Below, one piece after another: positions 32,489 to 41,486 of a stretch of DNA of 64,000 bases. The position numbers and the translations under genes were made by a program. The stretch comes from Bryobacterales bacterium (GTDB lineage Bacteria > Acidobacteriota > Terriglobia > Bryobacterales > UBA6623): positions 256,001 through 320,000 of the forward strand of contig OY729427.2 in NCBI GenBank assembly GCA_963422375.2, read 5' to 3'. Position 1 is the stretch's first letter. The number at the start of each line of letters is the position of its first letter. The notes beneath the pieces are model-generated. The model was not told where the DNA came from. It saw nothing but the letters and a program-made list of their open reading frames with translations, and ran no database searches.

Positions 32489-35400
32489 CTCGCCCGGCTC
32501 CGCGCTACGAGCGGCCGCAGCAGGCGCAGGGCCGGACGCGTGTGGATCGTCTCCAGGTCAGCCCGATGCTGAGGGGTGTCCGGATACCGCTCCCCTGCCT
32601 CGTAGGGATAGGCGCTCATGCTGTGGAACGGCAGCGGCTCGACGGAGTCGCCGAAGGCCGTGTTGGCCTCGTTCTCCTTGGCCCAGCCGTCAACCAGCAG
32701 CAGGTAGTCGCGAGTCCACCCGGCAGGCAGGGCGGGAAGTCCCGCCGCCGGGAAGCGCAGCTCGATCTCGTCCCCCGCGCCCATGATCACGTAGCGGTCG
32801 TCCTCGCGGTCGAGCAGCTTTCGGACGTCGCCGAAGCGCGTGTACAGGCCGGGAGTCGGGTTCCAGTTCGACGTGGCCGAGACCTGCTGGTAGTCGAATC
32901 GCTCGGGCTGCCCGCGCCCTTCCGCGACGTAGTTGCGCGAGAAGCCCCGGAAGCGCAGCTGCGCCCTGCCCGGCGCCAAGCGGGTCAGCCGCGTCTCGAG
33001 CTCGCTGGTTCCGAGCCCGATGTAGACCGCGTCCCAGTAGACGCACATGTTGGTCACCAAGCGAACGCGGCGGGACGTTCCGGGAAACTTGCCGCCCAGG
33101 TCGATCGCGATCGTGCGGAGCGTGCCGCCGGGCACGCCCGCGTCGGCGACGGCCGTGACCCATTCCCCGCTCTCGTGCCGAATCTCCAAATACGGCGGCA
33201 GGATGGCGGATTCCTCGGTCTGGGAGGACGCGACGATGCTGCTGGCGGACGCCCAGTCGACCCAGCCCTCTAGGAACAGCACGGCGTCGTCGGCCGCGAA
33301 CTCGGGGAACTCGAGATCGAGGAAGTGCCGCTCGGCCCGGTTGGCATAGTCGCGCTCGAAGGTCGCGTAGCGCCGGTCGCTCGCCGCGACCCGAGCGAGA
33401 ACGTCCTCGCCCCTGTGGTTGGTCGCCGCCACGGGCAGGACCTTGGATCCCACGCCGAACAGCCGGAACGCCGGAAACGGCGGGCCCTTGGCCTTCTCGT
33501 TCGTGACGATGCGGATCTCCTCGGGGTGGTCGACGGCGATCAGGCGGATCTTGTCGAGGTAGGCCGTCTCGCGGAGCTCCTCGGTCAGGCGCACGTCAAG
33601 GTACCCGTCACGCTGGCGCAACTGCGTGCCGTCGATGGAGACGTACTCGTCGTGATCCACCGGGAAGTAGACGCCCCGCGCCAGGCTCGCGCCGAGCGGG
33701 GCCACGCCGAGCACCTCGCTGATGTACTCGAACTCGCTGCCGTTCCACGTGTAGACCATCGGGCAGGAGCCGGACAGCCGCGGCGCCTCCTTGATCGCGA
33801 TGGCGGAGGTCGGCTCGTCCGGCGTCTCGTTCTGGATCAGGCCGTTCGCCCAGGTCACGCGGACCGTGTCGAACTGCCCCCCGCGGCCGAGGCCGAAGAC
33901 CAGGGGCAGGCCGCTGTACACGCTCTTCGCGTAGCTCAGGCCGGCCTTGACCTCCACGCGGGCGCCAGTCCCTATCGCCGGGCTCTTGACGCCCTCCAGT
34001 CTCACAACCAGCCCGCGGTTCGGCCCCTGCGGGGAGTTCTCGGCGAATCGCACCTCGCCGTCCGGGCCGGCCGTGACCAGATCCGGGCGGCCGTCCCCGT
34101 TGAAGTCCGCCGCAGCCGCGGGCCCGGCAGGGACCTCGGCGCTGCCCCGGACTGGAGCGAAGCCGAAGCGCCCGCCGTTGGCGAGGAATCCCTCGGCTGT
34201 CGCCACGTCGAAGCGCCCGCGCAGCTGGAAGTCGGCCCAGGCCTCCACTCGGGCCACCGACGGCCCTTCGCGCAGCGTCCCGTCGCGGTTTTCCAGCAGA
34301 AGCGTCGCGCCCGCGGTGACGACGGCGACGTCCAGGTAGCCGTCGTGATCGGCGTCGATCACGTCCATCCGTGCGCTGCCGCCCGGCACTCGCGCGCCTT
34401 CGACCTCGACAGCGTCACCGTACACGCCCAGCTTGCGGTCCTGATGGACCGCCACGGACTCCCCGTACACCGCCACGAAGTCGTGGCCGTTATCCTCGAA
34501 TAGCTCGGCCGTCGCCGCGGCGCGGACCCGGCCTTCCGCGAACGGGAACTCCGAGGTGGCATCAGTCAGCGTGCCGTCGCCGTCGTTCCGGTGCAGCCGC
34601 TTGTCGCGGCCGAGCGAGAACAGGTCGAAATCGTTGTCGTGATCGTAATCGGCGAACAGGCAGAGGTCGAACGCGCCCGCCAGCGAGAACACGCTCTCGA
34701 AGGACTGTCCGGGTCGGTTCGCTAGGACTTGGACGCCTTGGCCGTCGACTCGGCAGAGATCAGCCGTGCCGTCTCCGTCGAAGTCCCCGGCCCCGTAGTG
34801 GCGGGCTCCGTCCAGCGCCGCCCGGCTCGGTCGCGGGCCGTCCGCGGAGCCGCCCAGAATCGCGACCGCGCCCTGCTCGGACCACAGCAAGGCGTCCGCT
34901 TCCCCGTCCGAGTCGAGATCCAGGGCCAAGGCCCCCAGCGGCGCGCCCGCCAGACGCCCGACAGTCCGGGAAGAGAAGTCGAAGGCGGCCGCCGGGACGG
35001 CTGCCCCCGTCGCTAGCGAGGGATCGTGCAGTTCCGAATAGAAGCTCCAGTCAACGTCCTCGCCGACGGCGGCGTCCTCGGTAGCCGCCTTGAGCCCCTT
35101 GAATATCTCGAGTTCCTGCGTGGCCCGGTCCGGGTCTGACCTTCGCAGGATCCCGAACAGCTGGAAGTGCGGCGCGGCCAGCGAGGGATCCAGCTCGATG
35201 GTCCGCTCGAACTTCTCGATCGCCCGCCGGATGTTGCCGATCTGCTTGTAGAGAGCGCCGAGGTTGTACTGGGTCTTCGCCTCGTCCGGGACGAGGCGCT
35301 GCATCTGCTCGAACTGGTCGATGGCCTTCTCGACCTCCCCGGCCTTCTTGTATTCGATCCCGAGATTGAAATAGGTGTGGGGCAGGAACCGGTCGATCCT

Positions 35401-35691
35401 CTGCGCCCGCGCGACGTGCGCCATGCCTTCCTCGCGCTGCCCTGCCCGCAACAGCGCGAGACCGTAGTTGAGATGCTCGCGGGCGGAGCCGGGATTCAGG
35501 TCGAGCGCCCTCTTGAGTTGCTCCACCGCCTGCCGGGACGACCCCGGCGTCTCGTAGAAGGCCTTGCCGAGGTTCCTGACCTCTTGGAGCAGGACTTCCC
35601 CTGGGGAGTTCTCCGGGCTCTGGGCGGGCGCCAGCATCCACCACGTAGTTCCGCAGGCCAAGAGGGCGGTAAGCAAGAAAAGCAGCCTCAT
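32485..35691 (-). CDS. TPR + FG-GAP + ASPIC/UnbV + uncharacterised C-terminal domain protein (1068 aa)
   Basis: Signal peptide MRLLFLLTALLAC, TPRs, DFDGDG/DYDHDND loops, GARVEV...FGLG...VRVTWANG, then GSCPMVYTWNG domain. Confidence 0.88.
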   Translation of the reverse strand: MRLLFLLTALLACGTTWWMLAPAQSPENSPGEVLLQEVRNLGKAFYETPGSSRQAVEQLKRALDLNPGSAREHLNYGLALLRAGQREEGMAHVARAQRIDRFLPHTYFNLGIEYKKAGEVEKAIDQFEQMQRLVPDEAKTQYNLGALYKQIGNIRRAIEKFERTIELDPSLAAPHFQLFGILRRSDPDRATQELEIFKGLKAATEDAAVGEDVDWSFYSELHDPSLATGAAVPAAAFDFSSRTVGRLAGAPLGALALDLDSDGEADALLWSEQGAVAILGGSADGPRPSRAALDGARHYGAGDFDGDGTADLCRVDGQGVQVLANRPGQSFESVFSLAGAFDLCLFADYDHDNDFDLFSLGRDKRLHRNDGDGTLTDATSEFPFAEGRVRAAATAELFEDNGHDFVAVYGESVAVHQDRKLGVYGDAVEVEGARVPGGSARMDVIDADHDGYLDVAVVTAGATLLLENRDGTLREGPSVARVEAWADFQLRGRFDVATAEGFLANGGRFGFAPVRGSAEVPAGPAAAADFNGDGRPDLVTAGPDGEVRFAENSPQGPNRGLVVRLEGVKSPAIGTGARVEVKAGLSYAKSVYSGLPLVFGLGRGGQFDTVRVTWANGLIQNETPDEPTSAIAIKEAPRLSGSCPMVYTWNGSEFEYISEVLGVAPLGASLARGVYFPVDHDEYVSIDGTQLRQRDGYLDVRLTEELRETAYLDKIRLIAVDHPEEIRIVTNEKAKGPPFPAFRLFGVGSKVLPVAATNHRGEDVLARVAASDRRYATFERDYANRAERHFLDLEFPEFAADDAVLFLEGWVDWASASSIVASSQTEESAILPPYLEIRHESGEWVTAVADAGVPGGTLRTIAIDLGGKFPGTSRRVRLVTNMCVYWDAVYIGLGTSELETRLTRLAPGRAQLRFRGFSRNYVAEGRGQPERFDYQQVSATSNWNPTPGLYTRFGDVRKLLDREDDRYVIMGAGDEIELRFPAAGLPALPAGWTRDYLLLVDGWAKENEANTAFGDSVEPLPFHSMSAYPYEAGERYPDTPQHRADLETIHTRPALRLLRPLVARSRAR

Positions 35692-35699
35692 TCGATCCC

Positions 35700-36842
35700 C
35701 TATTCTGAGCGCGCCGATAGTCGTCGCTGACTGAGGCGACTCTCGGCTGGACACCCGCCAGCGCGAAGGATGGAAGCAGGCCCAGGCGGGCTCAGAGCCT
35801 GCAGGGCGTCGATCGCAGCGCTGACGACCGCATCGCCCGAGTAGCCGCGGCGCTTGCACGCGTACCGCTGCCCCTTGCAGTTCGAGCGGTCCGCAACGCT
35901 GCACCGATGGCAACGCTGCGACGTACGATGGCAACGCTGCGACGTATAGGCGGGATCGATTTGCTCGAACCTGCGACCGACCCACTCTGCCTTGGATGCA
36001 AGCTGCCCTGTCAGCAATCCCCGACACTGCCTCGGAACCGAGCGATTCAAGCCAGACTTCCGCTTTACGTTCGGTTCGGGCTCATCGGCAGTGCCCGTCG
36101 CGGATCGCGCCATGTTGTTGATACTCGGTTGCCGCACCCGCTCCCCCCGCGTCCCGCTGCCTCTCTGGCAGCGGCTCACCGCTCGGCTGCGCTTGCGAGT
36201 CGTGTTATTGCCATCGGAATCAGCGACTCCCCTGATCCGCTCGCCATCGCTCAGGGCCAGTTGGTCCTTCGCGCCTAGGTCGATTCCTGCAGCGGAGGGG
36301 CTCGGTGCTTGCGGCTGCTTGTGGACGCCGTCGAGCACCAAGTCCACGTTCAGGCCGGCATCGGCGCGAGTGACGCGGACGAACTTGGGCTTGAGGCTAG
36401 GAAGCTCCCAGTCTGGCTTGATCGTGATCCGCGGCAGTCCCTTGATCCGCAGGACGGTTCGATCGTCAGCGCGCTCCCAGGGCCTGGGCGGCTCGAAGCA
36501 CTCGATGGTGCGGAACCGGCTGGCAGGCTTGAATCGCGGATACCCGGGTTTCCCGCCTGCCTTCCAGCGACCCAAGAACGCACTGACCACTCGCGAATGC
36601 GCGGCCATGCAGACCATGGTGTCGATCGTTCCGAGCCTCAGCGGCTTGGACTTGCGGAGTTCGGCCAGCTGGTTCCATCGATCTAGGCGGAGTAGCGACT
36701 GCTTGCGTTCCTCCCAAGCCGTTTTCCTCTCCGCCAGCGCCTTGTTGTAGAGCCAGCGCAACCAGCCCAGCACGGTGTCGATGCGAGCGTACCCGAACTT
36801 CGGGCAGTACCTGCGCTCCTGTAACGTGACCGTTGCCTTCAC
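35700..36842 (-). pseudogene. tnpB: TnpB RNA-guided nuclease, catalytically degenerate but uninterrupted ORF
   Basis: RWLYNKALAERK, KPGYPRFK, GIDLG (RuvC-I), KSGLNRS, IDPAYTSQRC; RuvC-II EDL segment deleted, RuvC-III ADV changed to AVV, second CxxC lost. Confidence 0.85.
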
Positions 36843-36917
36843 CAGCACTATCCCATGGCATGAGAGCCAGCGTGTCACGCTACGAGAGGGAAATCATGCC
36901 ATTGCCTTGACGCGCTC
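35705..36917 (-). mobile_element. IS200/IS605-family (IS1341-like, tnpB-only) element, copy 1
   Basis: Similarity to the 55627-56899 element from GAGCGCGTCAAG to the terminal TCAG; subterminal AGTCG/CGACT hairpin; left end approximate. Confidence 0.7.
35905..35946. repeat. 21-bp tandem duplication inside tnpB
   Basis: CGATGGCAACGCTGCGACGTA x2, giving TSQRCHR-TSQRCHR. Confidence 0.9.
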
Positions 36918-38209
36918 TGCGAGTCTCATAATACACCGGCGGGGCGCACCGAGACCGCGCCGTCGGCGACCTGGACCGGTACATGTCGCGGCTGCAACGG
37001 GCCGCAGTCCGAGGCGTGGAGAATTGCCTCCGGAGTCAGGGCGACAGGGAGACTCGGGCAAATTCATCGCAGGCGTCCTGCCCTGCGGGACGGCGTGCAG
37101 TTTCTGGACCGCGCGGTTCGGTCCGTCGACGGCGAAAGCGACTGGCTCCCTGCCAGAGCCGAGGCCGAACCCTTTCGGCCTGCGACTCGGGGAGGCGCAG
37201 GAGACGCTCGGCACTGCTTGGCAGGCTTGCTGGCCGCCCCGCGCCACTGCCGAGAGCCCGTCGCGGCTGTCGCGCCTGCCCAAGAACGGGGTCCGCCCGC
37301 CAGGTGCTCTCGGCGGCGTTTCGGAGAAGCCGCGCCCGCGCGGAGACCTCAGTCACGGTCGAATTCGGCGAACGGCTCGCCGCGGTAGGCCCCGCACGAC
37401 ATGCTCCCTCCTCTGAATTCGCGAATACCGCATAGGGCAGTTCGGACGCTGTCGCCGAGAACTGGATCACGGTGTCGTTGACATGCCCGAAGACGGACCC
37501 GTCCGTAGGTCGCCGCGTCTGACTTCCGTCTTCGTTCAAGATGCCCTGCCAGCTTCCGCCCTAGCCGTCGAGATCCTAGGCCAAGACCTCGGCCAATTGA
37601 CGACGGCCGAATCCGGTCAGGCTGGAGCTCGCTGGACGGGCCTCCGGCGCGGACTCCTGCACCCTTCGCTGACCCTCGCAGCGGATTCCGCGGCCGCAAC
37701 CCGGGTCGCACCCCATCCGTGCTTCCGGACCGCGAGCGGTATCGAGCGCCAGGCTGTTGCGGGTCGGCGCCAAGCCGCTCCGACTCGAGCTGGAGCCGAA
37801 CGGCAGACTGGATCTGGCCCAGGCCTTCGGCCCGCCGGTCGTGCTGAACTCAAGGCTGGAGGGCGCCTCGGATATCGATGTCATTCGGTTCCAGATACGG
37901 GCCGGCAAGGGGAGGATCTTCGAGGGCAGCGAAGCCCGGTACGGCCGCAGCTCAGGTGCGCCGATAGTCGTGGTCGGCAGCGAGAGCAGAGCATCTCGCT
38001 ACGGCGAGGATCGCGCAATCTGGGCTCCATTCTTCAGCTGTCGGTTCGAGCCCGACGGGTAGTACTGGCTAGCCCTGCACCCGACCCGCGGACAAGCCGA
38101 TCAAGGTTCGGATACCGGCGGGACGTCCACAAGATCTCCCGACTCAACGCTCGCGGCACGGCCCGCTCCGGGCCGTGCCGCGAGCCATTCCAGAAAAGCG
38201 ACTCCTACG

Positions 38210-38279
38210 TCAGGATCGTTCCACTTCAAACCCCGAAATGTTGCGAGATTCTATGCTGAATTCCACGGAAATCAGGTAA
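38210..38279 (-). pseudogene. C-terminal tail of AAA-ATPase/PD-(D/E)XK gene
   Basis: YLISVEFSIESRNISGFEVERS* matches FLIGVEFSRKARNVTAFEVERG* of the 41487-43040 paralog. Confidence 0.75.
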
Positions 38280-38931
38280 ACCCGCAGCTCCGCTGCCCGC
38301 CTCCGGTGACGGTCGGCACGTGCTCGCAGCCGGCGTCGGCCACGCCCCGGAAGCAGGCCGGGCCGTCGGAATGCACCTCCGTGCCGGGCTGCAAGTGCCG
38401 CCCGGCCCACGCTGCCAGCGTCTTCTTGCGGAAGCCCGCCACGCTGCTCAGGCGCATCCTTGCCGGCTTGCCGTCGGCGGTGACCTGCACGGCGGCCACG
38501 AACGGCGTCTGGCCCGCCGCGCCGCGACCGCGCTTGCCGCCGGTCCGCTCGCCAGTAGGCGTCGTCCACCTGCACGATGCCGCCCAGCGGCACGCGCTCG
38601 TCGCGCTCCTTCATCACTTGCAGGAGCTTGTGCTTCACCCTCCAAGCCGTGTTCCGGCTCACGCCCAGCTGCCGCGCCAGTTCCAGCGACGAAACGCCGT
38701 GCTGGCCCTGCGTCAGCAGGTGGATCGCCAGGAACCGGACGGTCAGCGGCAGCTTGGTGGCGGCGTGCTCGCAGGGCCCCTCGCTGCCGTAGCGCTGCAG
38801 GAACTTGCCCAGGCTGAGTCCCTTCTGGAATTGCACGCGATTGCGTTTCAGGGGCTATCCCCTTTCCTGTCAGAGATTTCCGACCTCCTTCAGCATAGCA
38901 TATCTTCGGCTGACGTTCGTTGGTAATCAGG
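38280..38931 (-). mobile_element. Truncated, internally deleted IS1595 copy
   Basis: Highly similar to 18912-19956; keeps one TIR (GGTAATCAGG ending at 38931); lacks the Zn-ribbon segment and the other end; frameshift after DDAYW. Confidence 0.9.
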
Positions 38932-39343
38932 TATGAATAAGCTCCAGCAACTCACTCAATCATTCGGGTCCAGTAGCATACGATGACACTACACTCTCTC
39001 GACACTCCGCTGCATCCAGTTGAGCCATCAGACTTGCATGCACGGAACCCGATTCCTTGAAGTGACCCGTTCCGAATGTCAATCTGACAACCGGATAGCA
39101 TTCGGACCAATTCCAATCGTCGTGTATTTCCAATCCTTCGAATACCTGCTGGTTGCCTTCGAACAACTCCTTGAGTGTGTCAAGAAACAAGCTCTTTCCA
39201 AATCGTCTCGGACGAGATAGAAAGTAGTGCTTTCCCTCGCGCACCATGCGTCGGATGTACGGGGTCTTGTCGACGTAATAGCAGCCCCGCTCCCGGAGGT
39301 CGCGGATCGTCTGTATACCGATGGGCAGTGGACATCTCGTCAC
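38932..39343 (-). pseudogene. N-terminal fragment of AAA-ATPase/PD-(D/E)XK gene
   Basis: LPIGIQT...YYVDKT...FLSRPRRFGKSL; nonsense TGA at 38960-38962 then IS insertion. Confidence 0.85.
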
Positions 39344-40147
39344 GGGCAAGCATTATACCATTCCCGACAGCCGTGCGGATTCTTCCTTGTTTGACCTCCT
39401 GCCAAATCCGTGGAGCGGAGGCCTGCATGCACGATGGCGGCGACCCGGCTGCCGTCGGTTGGATCGCCCGGCCCTCGGAGATGTTGAAGCGAGATCCTCG
39501 AAGCGAGGTGTTTCCGACGCTGCACTGGAAGCTTGGCACTCACCCCAGCACACTCGATTGCAACGCCCGAGGCGTCGCTGCCAATGCAATTCGCCCAGCT
39601 GCGCTCGGACTGGAATTCGAATTGACCGAGGCGGCAATCGTCTCAGAGAGCGTCCGGCAGCCGTCTTGGCATCGAAGCCGCGAGCGAAGGGCCAAGCATC
39701 CAAGCACGCATTCCCCTACTCGGTCGGGCAATTCCTTGTCGGCCCCGACGCCTTCGGACACGGAACCACGGCAGTGGGGACATCGGCCGGGCGCTTCGCA
39801 GACCGGACTGGCAGGCGTCCAGTCGGACAGATGACCGGTTCGCGAGGACGCGCCCAAGGAACACGTCGCACCAGGTCCAGCACGAGGCTGGCGACTGGCT
39901 CCGTTTCCCGGAGGGTTCGCGAGGGGAGATCCTGAGCGACCAGAGAGCGCGTGCGGGGCGCGCGACGACGATTCTCGCGCAAGCGCCTTGAATGAAGAGA
40001 TGTCGCGAGACGGCGCGACAGCGGGCGCTCCGCGATCCAGTGGTCCGACACGCGAGATCCGGTGCATTCCCCTCGCAACCGCCGGAGAACGAAGCCATTG
40101 GCGCTCCAAGCGGAGGCAGCGCTGTGCGCCCGGACACTGGGCGGGAG

Positions 40148-40942
40148 TCAGTTCTTCATCGCTGTCTTGGGATTCTCCCTTACGCGGGCCTGCAGCCGTC
40201 GCATCCCCCTGAGCCACCGGTCGTAATCCGATGACTTTCTGCGCATGTACTCGAGAACCTCAGGATGAGGGAGGATCAAGAACCGTTCCTCCGCAAGCCC
40301 TTCGATCACTGCATCGGCCACGTCGAACGGCTCGATGGCACCAGGCGTCAGGAAGTTGTCCCGCTCCCCGCGCTCGCCTAGTAGCAAGCGCGTGCGCACT
40401 CCCTGCGGGCACAGCACGGAGACCTTCAGCCCTTGGCCGCCGTAAGTGACCGCTAGCCACTCGGCCAGCGCCACCGCGGCGTGCTTCGAGACGGCATAGG
40501 CAAGGGACCCGATTTGCGTCAGGACGCCGGCAGCCGACGCCGTGTTCAGGAGATAGCCATGCCCGCGTGCCGTCATCCGAGGCACCAAGATCCGCGCGGC
40601 GAGCAGGTGGGACCGGAAGTTCACGTCGAGCACACGCTCGAAGTCCGCGTTCGGCACTTCCGGGCCCCCAGGGTGCGAAACTCCCGCGTTCGAGCAGAAC
40701 AGGTCGATCGGGCCGCAGCGCGACTCCGTAGCCGCTACGAGATCATTCAACTCGGACTCCGAGGTGACGTCGGCGACATGCGCCTCCGCCCCGATGGTAT
40801 CGGCGGTCTCGCGAAGGGCTTCCGAATCGATATCAGACGCAATTACCGCTCGCGCACCCTCCCGTGCGAATCGCTCGGCGAGGGCGCGGCCGATGCCGCG
40901 GGCAGCCCCGGTTACGACGACCACCGCGCCTGAAACTTGCAT
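40148..40942 (-). CDS. SDR family oxidoreductase
   Basis: TGAARGIG, SNAG, TASAAG, YAVSK; GGGGAGG RBS before ATG 40942. Confidence 0.92.
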   Translation of the reverse strand: MQVSGAVVVVTGAARGIGRALAERFAREGARAVIASDIDSEALRETADTIGAEAHVADVTSESELNDLVAATESRCGPIDLFCSNAGVSHPGGPEVPNADFERVLDVNFRSHLLAARILVPRMTARGHGYLLNTASAAGVLTQIGSLAYAVSKHAAVALAEWLAVTYGGQGLKVSVLCPQGVRTRLLLGERGERDNFLTPGAIEPFDVADAVIEGLAEERFLILPHPEVLEYMRRKSSDYDRWLRGMRRLQARVRENPKTAMKN

Positions 40943-41486
40943 GAAATCCTCCCCCTGGCCAAGATGCCGGCGGCCCGGCGCCGTCGCTGCGACCAGTATA
41001 TTCAAGCTACTGGCGGGCTAGATGCGCGTAGGGACCTCGTGGCAGGTCGCATGCGCATGCGACCTGCCGTCGCCCCTTCACAGCGAATTCGCCTGAGGGA
41101 GGACGCTGCGAGCCTGGCTGGAGCGCACGACGACTGAGGGCGGTCGCGGACGCCCTAGACCGCCCGTCGGAGGCGTTGGCAAGGCCCCGATGCCTACCGG
41201 ACAACGTCACCGCCGCAGTTCAAGCCATGCTAAGCCGGTACGGCCAAGGCCCGGAGAGTCTGGCCGCGTCCGGGAGCCTCAAGCGCAAGACAGAAAAGAT
41301 GGGATCCTTCTCTAGCTAGCGGCATCCGGGAGCGCCTGTGAACCAAGGTGATCCATGGGTCACGTACAACGTCGCAGGCACCGACTTCACTCTCGAATCG
41401 CGCTCCTCGGCGCTAGCACGCTAGGACGAGGCACGGTCGCAACAGTGGAGATGGAGGCTCTCCGGGGATTGACTCGCGCCCGTGAC

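Noticed and set aside
35692..36027. N-terminal extension of the 1180-aa ORF suggesting a TnpB-host fusion
   Set aside because: Alternative frame of the tnpB 3' end; the signal peptide and RBS are at 35691
36991..37024. GCTGCAACGGGCCGCAGTCCGAGGCGTGGAGAAT loosely resembles type I-G CRISPR repeats and lies divergent from tnpB
   Set aside because: Single degenerate copy, no second repeat or spacer, no cas genes
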